Assembly: GCA_051961235.1 (NCBI GenBank)
Contig: JBQCDM010000206.1
Span: 1-25,859 of the forward strand
DNA from: Candidatus Nucleicultricaceae bacterium
Lineage (GTDB): Bacteria; Pseudomonadota; Alphaproteobacteria; Caedimonadales; Nucleicultricaceae
DNA: 25,859 nucleotides
Direction of reading: 5' to 3'
The translations under genes and the position numbers were made by a program. The notes under the pieces are model-generated. The model ran no database searches and was not told where the DNA came from. It worked only from the letters and a program-made list of their open reading frames with translations. Positions within the stretch are counted from its first letter, which is position 1. Each line of letters opens with the position of its first letter. Shown piece by piece: positions 1-7,640 of the stretch.

Positions 1-795
1 AATAAGGTTGCTCATGCGTTGATCGCGATCTTTGCTTCCTTGTGTGCCAATCACAACTGTGATGATTCGGATGCCATCACGCTTTGTTAACGTTGCAAGG
101 TTGTGGCCAGAAGCGCGAGTGAACCCAGTTTTTCCACCTTCCATACCCTTAACAACGCCTAAAAGCTTGTTGGTATTTTTATAGGTGTGTCCCTTATAGG
201 TGAAAGAGGGGAGCCCTAAGAGATGGTAGAATTTGGGAAAACGCTTGTAAATTGCTTGGCATAAAATGGCCATATCGCGCGCTGTTGTTGTTTGTTCAGG
301 ATGCGGCACACCCGAGCCATTCTTAAAGGTTGTTCGAGACATACCAAGCTGACGTGCTTTGATTGTCATGAGTTTTGCAAATTGTGATTCTGAGCCGCCG
401 GCTAGATGTTCGCCAATGGCAGCGCCCATATCGTTCGCGGATTTAGCGAGTAGAGCAATTACGGCTTCTTTTATAGTGACTGTTTTTCCCGCAGGAACGC
501 CAAGTTTCAGATTGGGCAATGATGCCGCATTCTTAGAAACAATAATACGTGTGTTGGGTTTTACGCGACCTTGTTCGAGAGCCTCAAAAAGGATAAGCGC
601 TGTCATTACTTTGGTCAGTGATGCAGGAAAAACAGTTTTTTCAGCATCTTTTGCTTCATAAACGCGACCTGTTTCAGCATTGATGGAGATATGGGCATAT
701 TTTACAGCATGGAGCGTTGGCGTTAACAACATCAAAAAGCTAAACACAAGGAAACATGACAATCTTAAGCTTAATTTTGTGAGGTTTCTAAACAT
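1..795 (-). CDS. D-alanyl-D-alanine carboxypeptidase (peptidase S11, PBP5/6-like); 3' end runs off the window
   Basis: Not in the ORF track; translated manually on the minus strand from ATG at 795: MFRNLTKLSLRLSCFLVFSFLMLLTPTLHA (signal peptide), then FPASLTKVMT (SxxK), KSANDM (SxN) and EGGKTGFT (KTG). Frame is open to base 1, and AGGAG lies upstream. Confidence 0.93.
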   Translation of the reverse strand, partial: MFRNLTKLSLRLSCFLVFSFLMLLTPTLHAVKYAHISINAETGRVYEAKDAEKTVFPASLTKVMTALILFEALEQGRVKPNTRIIVSKNAASLPNLKLGVPAGKTVTIKEAVIALLAKSANDMGAAIGEHLAGGSESQFAKLMTIKARQLGMSRTTFKNGSGVPHPEQTTTARDMAILCQAIYKRFPKFYHLLGLPSFTYKGHTYKNTNKLLGVVKGMEGGKTGFTRASGHNLATLTKRDGIRIITVVIGTQGSKDRDQRMSNLI

Positions 796-838
796 AGACA
801 ACGCGTGCTCCTTTCTCCATGATCAATTCAATCTTTAA

Positions 839-866
839 TTTATATCGATCAATTCGAGCATGTCTA
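839..866 (-). promoter_or_regulatory. Putative sigma70 promoter of the carboxypeptidase gene
   Basis: Minus strand reads TAGACA-N16-TATAAA, about 45 nt upstream of the ATG. Confidence 0.4.
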
Positions 867-927
867 GAGTGTTTTAGTAAATTTTTAGAAGAACAGACTG
901 AGGCGTTATTTTTGACACAAAGGCGCT

Positions 928-2007
928 TTACAAGATAATTTCACCTTTGATCATAGATTTGATCAGAGGCGGAAGCATCTGGTTGCTGCCTTGACCAAGT
1001 CCAATGAAAAAAAGAGGAGCTTCATTTGTCGTGGTAATGTTTAGAAGTTTCTTTGCTCTGTCGTCTTGAAATGCCCCCGACATCCATGTGTGAAGACCAA
1101 GTGCTGTTGCAACGAGAAGGGTTGTTTGTGAAACATGTCCAACATCCATAAGTGCAATACGATAGGCCCTAGAATTCGGATACTTTTGCCAAACCTTATG
1201 AAAGCAGCTGGTCAGAAATAATCCTGCGGAGATATTTTCCATATAGAATTGCTCATTGAGCGTTTCTTGAAGGGTGGTAGGATGAATATCACTGATCAAG
1301 GTTAAGTTATGATTTTTAACATTGTAATGATAAATGCCGGGCTTAAGACCATCGACTGTCAAGGCTGCTAAATACACCTCAGTTGGATGAAGGCCGCCGC
1401 CAGAAGGGCTCGTTTTTCTAAGGCACAGATCTTCTAATCCTAGATCTTCAATCTCAGCGGTTTCTTGATGAAATTTGCCAAAAGCTGTGAAAAGCAGCGT
1501 GGAGATGTCTAGGAGTGAAAGGCGGCTTTCAAAAAAATCTCGACAAGTCTTGCGGGATGACAGTGTTTCATAAAGACTTTTATTCTTTAGAGTGGAAAAA
1601 TCAGGCTCTGGAAGGGCAATGTGTGGACCTTGTTTTTCAATATAAAGGCCCTGAAATTGTTTAAGCCCTTGGTCGTTCTCATTAAATCGTGTCAACAGCC
1701 AATCGTTAATATTTTTAGAGCATTCGAGATACGGTAAGTTTTCAGTACCTATGTGAAAAATTTTGGAGAGAATGTCCCATCCCCAAGAGCTTTCCTTGTA
1801 AGCTTTCTTGCTTATAATATCGGCTTCTTGAAGTTCTTTGTCTATCTTTGGATCATCTTGGGGGGTGTTGCCTTGGGCATAGAGAGCAATACGATCAAGA
1901 TAGTGTGGCTCCATAAGATATTGCTCGTTCGTGCTGTAATTCCATAAAATGTATCCTTCTGGGGAGAAAAGGAGGAAAATGTTTGGATTGACAAAATATG
2001 AGGACAT
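928..2007 (-). CDS. SagB/ThcOx-family FMN-dependent dehydrogenase (nitroreductase fold) with an N-terminal extension
   Basis: Motifs RKTCRDF, KTSPSGGGLHPTEVY, GIYHYN, WQKYPNSRAYR (Lys-Tyr), MDVGHVSQT..LVATALGL and GAFQDD; about 130 aa of extra N-terminal sequence. Confidence 0.88.
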   Translation of the reverse strand: MSSYFVNPNIFLLFSPEGYILWNYSTNEQYLMEPHYLDRIALYAQGNTPQDDPKIDKELQEADIISKKAYKESSWGWDILSKIFHIGTENLPYLECSKNINDWLLTRFNENDQGLKQFQGLYIEKQGPHIALPEPDFSTLKNKSLYETLSSRKTCRDFFESRLSLLDISTLLFTAFGKFHQETAEIEDLGLEDLCLRKTSPSGGGLHPTEVYLAALTVDGLKPGIYHYNVKNHNLTLISDIHPTTLQETLNEQFYMENISAGLFLTSCFHKVWQKYPNSRAYRIALMDVGHVSQTTLLVATALGLHTWMSGAFQDDRAKKLLNITTTNEAPLFFIGLGQGSNQMLPPLIKSMIKGEIIL

Positions 2008-2098
2008 AGCGCATGACTATCAAATATACACCTGATCTAGAAGTATAGTATTTGTATCTATTTGTCAATTTTTTTTAAGAGATCAATTAGCGCTTTGT

Positions 2099-2728
2099 TT
2101 AACAATAAGACGAAATTTGTCGTTTGCCTGAATAGGGAGATAAGACAGGCCCTTCAATACGAATTTTGAAGTCACCAAAAGCGCTTTCATCCACAGGAAC
2201 AATGGAATAAACAGTTGTGCTGTTTGAGCTTGCGTCTTTAATGCGTAAAGGTCTTTGGCTCGATTTGTAAGGCCAACACCCTAAAAACACAAAGTCTTCA
2301 TAGAGCTCAACAGACGATTTTACAATCATGAAATCGATAAGACGGGGCAGGGAAAAACGAAGCATACCTAGATACAAGTTTTGAAAAAAGCGGCGCTGTA
2401 AATAATCTTGTTCTTGGTCATTTTCAAAGAAGGGGCTAAGAGGCTGAATTTTAAAGTCAACTTGATCAAGGAAAAAAATGTTTTGTCGTCGCATTAATCC
2501 GAAGTGATAGAGTACTTCATCACTGACACAAGGTCCTTCTGAAGAGCGCATACGTGCTTGTCCAAATACACCATTGGATGGTTCATAATGAACAATATAT
2601 GCACATTGTTTATGATTCTCCGCCGTCGAATCGAAATGATTTTCAACGTTGAGATTAAGTTTTCTGATAACGGACTGGTGTAACTGCCTGTGTTCTTCGT
2701 AACTGTCAGGTGTTATAATTGTCAACAT
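2099..2728 (-). CDS. Hypothetical protein with a degenerate LuxI/acyl-homoserine-lactone-synthase (GNAT-like) fold
   Basis: ORF 2099..2773; likely start is ATG 2728 after GAGGGG. HKQCAYIVHYEPSNGVFGQARM resembles the LuxI-family segment H-x-x-T-x-YIV...G-x-x-G-x-AR. The N-terminal R/F/W and E-x-D-x-x-D motifs are absent. Confidence 0.5.
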   Translation of the reverse strand: MLTIITPDSYEEHRQLHQSVIRKLNLNVENHFDSTAENHKQCAYIVHYEPSNGVFGQARMRSSEGPCVSDEVLYHFGLMRRQNIFFLDQVDFKIQPLSPFFENDQEQDYLQRRFFQNLYLGMLRFSLPRLIDFMIVKSSVELYEDFVFLGCWPYKSSQRPLRIKDASSNSTTVYSIVPVDESAFGDFKIRIEGPVLSPYSGKRQISSYC

Positions 2729-2859
2729 TTTTGACACCCCTCTTTTATTATTAAGCCATAAAGAAAACTGCACAAGAGATCAAATAGTAATTTTTTATAT
2801 CCATATAAAAAATTTTTATAATTAAGTGTCCAAAAGGGTTTGCAGGGCTTTAGCTTATT

Positions 2860-4122
2860 TTATTTGTGTGTGCTTATCTCAAAGGGAGAAAAATTCTTTA
2901 AGGAAAGAAAATCTTCCATTAAAACTTCATAATCCTCATTGGCGACAAACATTTGAGCTGTTTTATCGAGGATGCACGTGGGAGCATCAAGCATATCTCC
3001 TTCTTTGACAAACCAACGAAGTTCTGCAGAGCTTTTCAAAGAGAGAGGATGAATACGCTCAATAATCCCAGCTTTCCATGGAAAATAAACCCAAAAAGTA
3101 TAATGTGTTTTAGATTCCTTCAGCGGTTCAAACAGTCCTAGCTTTATCTTGAGATCTTCATCCAAAAAATTAACACCAAATGATCGGCTATAATTTTCTA
3201 CAACCAACGAGCCAGGAGGACGCGCGCTGACCTCTAGGAAAACAAGTTCATCTTTGTCATTTAAGAAAACTTCGAGGTGACTTGATCCGTCAATCCAACC
3301 AAGCGTTTCCAAAGCTTTCGTTGTAAAATTCTGTATCCGTTCAAAAAGAGGATTGTCTTTTTTTAGAGGGATACTGCCATGGATGTTGCCAGAGAGAAAG
3401 GCAAGCCCAGAACTTAGGTATTGAGAGGCTTGAAAGTAGACAATTTTTCCCGCTTGAATAAGGGAATCCGCATGGAAAAGTTGTCCATTAATAAATTCTT
3501 CTGCTTCATATCGTTCATTGCCAAAATGTTTTAGGGCTTCATTAAAATCATGATAATTTTTGATTTTCATAACGCCAAAGGTGGCAGATTGATCGGTGGG
3601 CTTTAAAATGAATGGGAGCCCAAATTCCTGTGCAATCTCCTCGAAAGAGTGTCTTATCTGATCTTCTCTGTCACAATGCTCAAGAATTTTATAGCGTGGA
3701 CATAATATATTGGCTTTGGAGAGCTTTTCTTTCATCGCAATTTTGCTTTTGTAAAAGATAACATCAGCGTAATGCGGCTCACCTAAATGGTAACGCTCCC
3801 GAAGACGTGCCGCCTGAAGCATGTTAAGTTCAGACGTGCAAATAATTGTCAGGTCACTTTGTTGTGGAGATAAACTTTCTACAATGTTTTGTAAGAACTC
3901 TAAGGGGAGAGGACTAAGTTTTTCCGCTGAAGCGGGCGTGTCGTATACATGTATTTCTTTAAAGCACGATTTGATTTCTTCACTGACATCAAGCAGGTAT
4001 TTTCTTGAAGAAGCAAGGTGTAGTTCAAAGTTCTGGCTGATTGCGCGAAGGGTTTTTGCCTCATAAAATTTAAGAAGATGTTCACAAATTAACAGCAATT
4101 TTCTCACTTTGTTCACCTTCAT
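2860..4122 (-). CDS. ATP-grasp domain protein (carboxylate-amine / L-amino-acid ligase type)
   Basis: Motifs ELNMLQAARLRE, SKIAMKEKL, LPFILKPTDQSATFGV, EAEEFINGQLFHADS, HLEVF and FLEVSARPPG. Confidence 0.88.
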   Translation of the reverse strand: MKVNKVRKLLLICEHLLKFYEAKTLRAISQNFELHLASSRKYLLDVSEEIKSCFKEIHVYDTPASAEKLSPLPLEFLQNIVESLSPQQSDLTIICTSELNMLQAARLRERYHLGEPHYADVIFYKSKIAMKEKLSKANILCPRYKILEHCDREDQIRHSFEEIAQEFGLPFILKPTDQSATFGVMKIKNYHDFNEALKHFGNERYEAEEFINGQLFHADSLIQAGKIVYFQASQYLSSGLAFLSGNIHGSIPLKKDNPLFERIQNFTTKALETLGWIDGSSHLEVFLNDKDELVFLEVSARPPGSLVVENYSRSFGVNFLDEDLKIKLGLFEPLKESKTHYTFWVYFPWKAGIIERIHPLSLKSSAELRWFVKEGDMLDAPTCILDKTAQMFVANEDYEVLMEDFLSLKNFSPFEISTHK

Positions 4123-4996
4123 ATGCTTGAATAATAAAATTAGTAAAGTAAGTAATTTTCTTTAAGGTCTCGAGGCGTTTTGGGTAAATGCAGTATAGAT
4201 CAACCTTAGGGGTAGCAACCTCTGACATAATGCAAACAAGTCCCTCTTCAACAATCGCAGGATGTTTATCGGGAATTAAGATAATGCCAAGAGAAGCTTC
4301 TGCATAACGTGTGCGACCAAAAGTGGCATTCGTGACCAGGTAAGGCTCTCGCGTTTTTCCCTCAGGCATACCTACTTTTAAGTGCCAATTGAGGTCAGCG
4401 TATGGATGTTTATCAAGATTACCATAGGCAATAAGCTTGTGGTGATCCAGATCTTGGGGTGTTTTAGGTGTGCCATGTTTTTCAAGGTACTCTGCGCTCG
4501 CATACATTTTTAAAGACATGGTCATCAGATGATGTTGAATAAGATCCTGACGGTCTTTCATTTTAGGTCGTATGACAATATCAATATCGCCATCTGTTGG
4601 ATCAATTGTAAGGTCTGTTCCATAAAGAGAGAGGCGAATTTTTGGGTAGAAATTTAAGAATCGTACGATATGTTCTGTGAGATAAATAGATGCGAATCCA
4701 TGGCTTGTGCAAATCCGAAGAGGTCCCTCAATTTCTTTTTCTTCTTCTTTAACATGAGCGATGACAGCATCAATGTTTTGATACGTATCTTGAATGACGC
4801 GATTGAGAATTTCTCCCTTGGGCGTCAACCGGACGCCTTGTGGTAATCGAACAAAAAGCTCAAGGCCTAGGCTATCTTCAAGCATGAGTATCTGATGTGA
4901 TACAGCTGGTTGACTTGTGTTGAGTTTTTGTGCAGCTTTGCTAATGGATCCGAGTTTCGCAACCCAGTAAAATATACGTAGTCGATCCCAATTCAT
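4082..4996 (-). CDS. LysR-family transcriptional regulator
   Basis: N-terminal HTH MNWDRLRIFYWVAKLGSISKAAQKLNTSQPAVSHQILMLEDSLG, followed by a substrate-binding domain (GPLRICTSHGF, DIDIVIR); 304 aa; AAGGAGG RBS upstream. Confidence 0.96.
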   Translation of the reverse strand: MNWDRLRIFYWVAKLGSISKAAQKLNTSQPAVSHQILMLEDSLGLELFVRLPQGVRLTPKGEILNRVIQDTYQNIDAVIAHVKEEEKEIEGPLRICTSHGFASIYLTEHIVRFLNFYPKIRLSLYGTDLTIDPTDGDIDIVIRPKMKDRQDLIQHHLMTMSLKMYASAEYLEKHGTPKTPQDLDHHKLIAYGNLDKHPYADLNWHLKVGMPEGKTREPYLVTNATFGRTRYAEASLGIILIPDKHPAIVEEGLVCIMSEVATPKVDLYCIYPKRLETLKKITYFTNFIIQAYEGEQSEKIAVNL

Positions 4997-5151
4997 GGTA
5001 ACCTCCTTATATGCATCTTTTTATCTCTTGAGTACTATTTATCTGTATAAATTCCACAATGTCAACAATCCTTTACCTGGCGTGCATAAAAGCATATTAG
5101 AGAACTAACTTAAAGCTATTAAGACTTAATAGTAAAAAAATTGAAAAATTG

Positions 5152-5168
5152 CATCAATTAATTAGATG
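5152..5168. promoter_or_regulatory. Candidate LysR-type operator (ATC-N9-GAT, T-N11-A)
   Basis: CATC-AATTAATTA-GATG dyad in the divergent LysR/mutase intergenic region. Confidence 0.5.
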
Positions 5169-5267
5169 AGGTATGATTTTTTTTGTGAAAAATTTTTGAG
5201 TTCTAGTCAAAATTATTGATTTGCGCTATGTATGCTAAAGCGAGCTCATACTTCAAGGAGGCAAAAC

Positions 5268-5690
5268 ATGCATCGGAAAGTGATCTTATCCAGTATTTCA
5301 TCAGATTCCCATGTCTGGAATTTAATTTATCTTCAGCTCTTGCTCGAAGAATTGAATTTTGATGTTATTAATTTAGGCCCTTCTGTTGCAACGCAGGATC
5401 TCGTGAAGGCATGTCATCGCCATAAACCGACCCATCTTGTCGTTAGTACTGTTAATGGGCATGGATATATAAAAGGTCTTGAGATTATTCGAGCTGTGCG
5501 TCAAATGAACCTTTTAAAAAACATGAATGTGGTTATTGGCGGAAAGCTTGGGGTGAATGGCGTTATTTCAAACGAGCAAATACAGCATTTACATGCGGAA
5601 GGATTTGATGGTGTTTTTGTTAATAGTACAGCCATTGAAGAGTTTCGATATTATATGCATCAAGGCCAGCGCGTGATGCGTGTTGTATGA
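5268..5690 (+). CDS. Glutamate/methylaspartate mutase S (cobalamin-binding) subunit
   Basis: SSDSHVWNL (DxHxxN variant of the base-off/His-on motif), VINLG, VSTVNGHG and IGGKLG. Start at 5268 follows AAGGAGG; the track's 5232 start lies 12 codons upstream. Stop overlaps the next ATG (ATGA). Confidence 0.9.
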   Translation: MHRKVILSSISSDSHVWNLIYLQLLLEELNFDVINLGPSVATQDLVKACHRHKPTHLVVSTVNGHGYIKGLEIIRAVRQMNLLKNMNVVIGGKLGVNGVISNEQIQHLHAEGFDGVFVNSTAIEEFRYYMHQGQRVMRVV

Positions 5691-6943
5691 GTGAGTCAAA
5701 AAGTTTTTATGCCTTTGTTGAGTCTGTAGCGCAAAAGAAGCAGCTTATTGTTCAGCCTCGGATGGGGGTGAGTGATTTCAAAAAAATGGGGCAGGGGCTT
5801 CGGGCCGTTTCAAATTTACCTTTCCCCGTTGTGGCCACGATTACAATTGATAGTTTTACCCGAAATCTTGAGCTTCAAGAACTTGATCAAGTTTTAAAAG
5901 AGGGGCATGAGCTCAATGGCTTTCCCTTGATCACCTATGGGGCTGAATCTCTTCAAGAGCTTTTAAAAACGTATTCACGGCCCGATTTGCTTGTGCAGGT
6001 GAGACATGGATCACCTCTCCCCTATGAATTGTTTAAGGTTATGGTTGAGGGCGGAATCTATTTTTCAGAAGGCGGCCCTCTTTCTTATTGTCTGCCATAC
6101 AGCCGAGTGCCTATTGAACAAACACTTGAAAATTGGACAAAAAGCCTGACATTTCTCGCTCAGTATCCCGCTGCTCACATGGAAAGTTTTGGTGGATGTA
6201 TGCTGGGTCAGCTGTGTCATCCATCACTTCTCATTGCTGTTGCTGTTCTTGAGGGACTATTTTTTAAGCAATGCGGTATTCGAGATGTGTCACTAAGCTA
6301 TGCTCAAGGGACTCATCTTACGCAAGACTTGGCAGCGTTGCGCGTGCTCCAAGAATGTGCGACACAGTATTTAGAGGGATGTAACGTCCATAGGGTGCTA
6401 TATACCTATATGGGCATGTATCCAATAACGCCTGCAGGCGCACGTGCTCTTTTAAAGGAAAGTGTGCGCTTAGCTAAGATTTCAGGCGTAGAGCGTCTTG
6501 TGGTCAAAACAGAAGTTGAGTCAATTCGCATTCCAACCTTTGATGAAAATATTAATGCGCTCATTACAGCGCATCGTATAGCAGAATCAAAAGAGATTTT
6601 GAGTGACGTAACTTTTGACCTAGAAGAATACGACCGAATAAAATTACAGGCACATTCAATTATTCATGCCGTGCTTTCCCTTGATGCCTGTGTCGGAGAG
6701 GCTATTGGAAAGGCTCTTCATAGGGGGATGATCGATATACCTTATTGTTTACATCCTCAAAACAAAAATCAAGCGAGATGCGGCATCGATGCGCGTGGTT
6801 ATCTTCAATGGATTTCAGCTGGTAATATTCCTTTAGACTCTAAAACAATTTCTCCGTACTTTGGACGAGGATTTAAGTTATCACCTGATGGATTTATTAA
6901 TATGCTTTCCTTTATGCAGAGAAAATTCGATGGTGCTGCATAA
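5687..6943 (+). CDS. Glutamate/methylaspartate mutase E (catalytic) subunit
   Basis: Motifs QPRMG, TIDSFTR, LNGFP, QVRHGS, EGGPLSYCLPY, HMESFGG, SLSYAQG, YTYMGMYP and VVKT..ESIRIPT; matches the GlmE Arg-claw and Glu positions. Confidence 0.92.
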   Translation: MSESKSFYAFVESVAQKKQLIVQPRMGVSDFKKMGQGLRAVSNLPFPVVATITIDSFTRNLELQELDQVLKEGHELNGFPLITYGAESLQELLKTYSRPDLLVQVRHGSPLPYELFKVMVEGGIYFSEGGPLSYCLPYSRVPIEQTLENWTKSLTFLAQYPAAHMESFGGCMLGQLCHPSLLIAVAVLEGLFFKQCGIRDVSLSYAQGTHLTQDLAALRVLQECATQYLEGCNVHRVLYTYMGMYPITPAGARALLKESVRLAKISGVERLVVKTEVESIRIPTFDENINALITAHRIAESKEILSDVTFDLEEYDRIKLQAHSIIHAVLSLDACVGEAIGKALHRGMIDIPYCLHPQNKNQARCGIDARGYLQWISAGNIPLDSKTISPYFGRGFKLSPDGFINMLSFMQRKFDGAA

Positions 6944-7234
6944 CAATGCTGGCTAAATATTTCAACATTTGAATGATTTCTAATATCATTCTAAATAAAT
7001 AAGAGAATTATTTAGATTATTGTGTGTGTTACTCAAGAAAAAATATCACATATAATCAATAGCTTACGAGAGGTGTTTTTGGGAGAGCCAGTAAAACACA
7101 CGGAAAAAAGTCATTTTTTTGAAAATATATCTAGGCGAACCAAATCTAATCGAGTAGAATTCAATCACATCCTAAGGAATTTGGGATTATGGTTTCTACA
7201 GCGAGCTTATTTATTAGTTGAAAGGTAAATATTC

Positions 7235-7510
7235 ATGAACAAGAATGATTTGATCGAACAAGTTGCTAAAACAACTAAATTAGCAAAAACAGATGTCACA
7301 AAAGTAGTTAACAGCGCTTTTGAAAGCATTACAAAGTGCTTGAAAAAAGGCGATACAGCAACTTTTGTTGGATTCGGTACGTTCTCCACGTCAAAGAGAA
7401 AAGCACGTGAAGGTCGCAATCCACGTACAGGTGCAAAAATTAAAATTGCAGCATCAGTACAACCAAAGTTCCGTCCAGGTAAGTCTTTGAAAGAAGCTGT
7501 AAACGGCTAA
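7235..7510 (+). CDS. hup: DNA-binding protein HU
   Basis: MNKNDLIE...FVGFGTFS...REGRNPRTG..IKIAAS..PKFRPGKSLKEAVN; 91 aa. Confidence 0.97.
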   Translation: MNKNDLIEQVAKTTKLAKTDVTKVVNSAFESITKCLKKGDTATFVGFGTFSTSKRKAREGRNPRTGAKIKIAASVQPKFRPGKSLKEAVNG

Positions 7511-7526
7511 TTTCAACCCTATGGGC

Positions 7527-7560
7527 AAAAACGTAACATGATTATCATGTTACGTTTTTT
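7527..7560. terminator. Bidirectional intrinsic terminator between convergent hup and prmA
   Basis: AAAAACGTAACATGAT-T-ATCATGTTACGTTTTT: perfect 16-bp arms with A and T tracts at the ends. Confidence 0.75.
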
Positions 7561-7640
7561 TATATCAAAATTAAAGTCGCAGTCATTCTCAAAAACGTGC
7601 AACAAGCTCCAAAAGCCTAAAGATCAATTGGTTCGGGTTT

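Noticed and set aside
1-795. D-Ala-D-Ala carboxypeptidase as a resistance or maturation gene of the accessory cluster
   Set aside because: It looks like an ordinary signal-peptide PBP5/6 and has its own promoter-like sequence (839-866); only adjacency links it to the cluster.
2008-2098. RiPP precursor peptide next to the SagB oxidase
   Set aside because: No credible short ORF with an RBS or Cys/Ser/Thr-rich core in the flanking gaps (796-927, 2008-2098); these look like promoter DNA.
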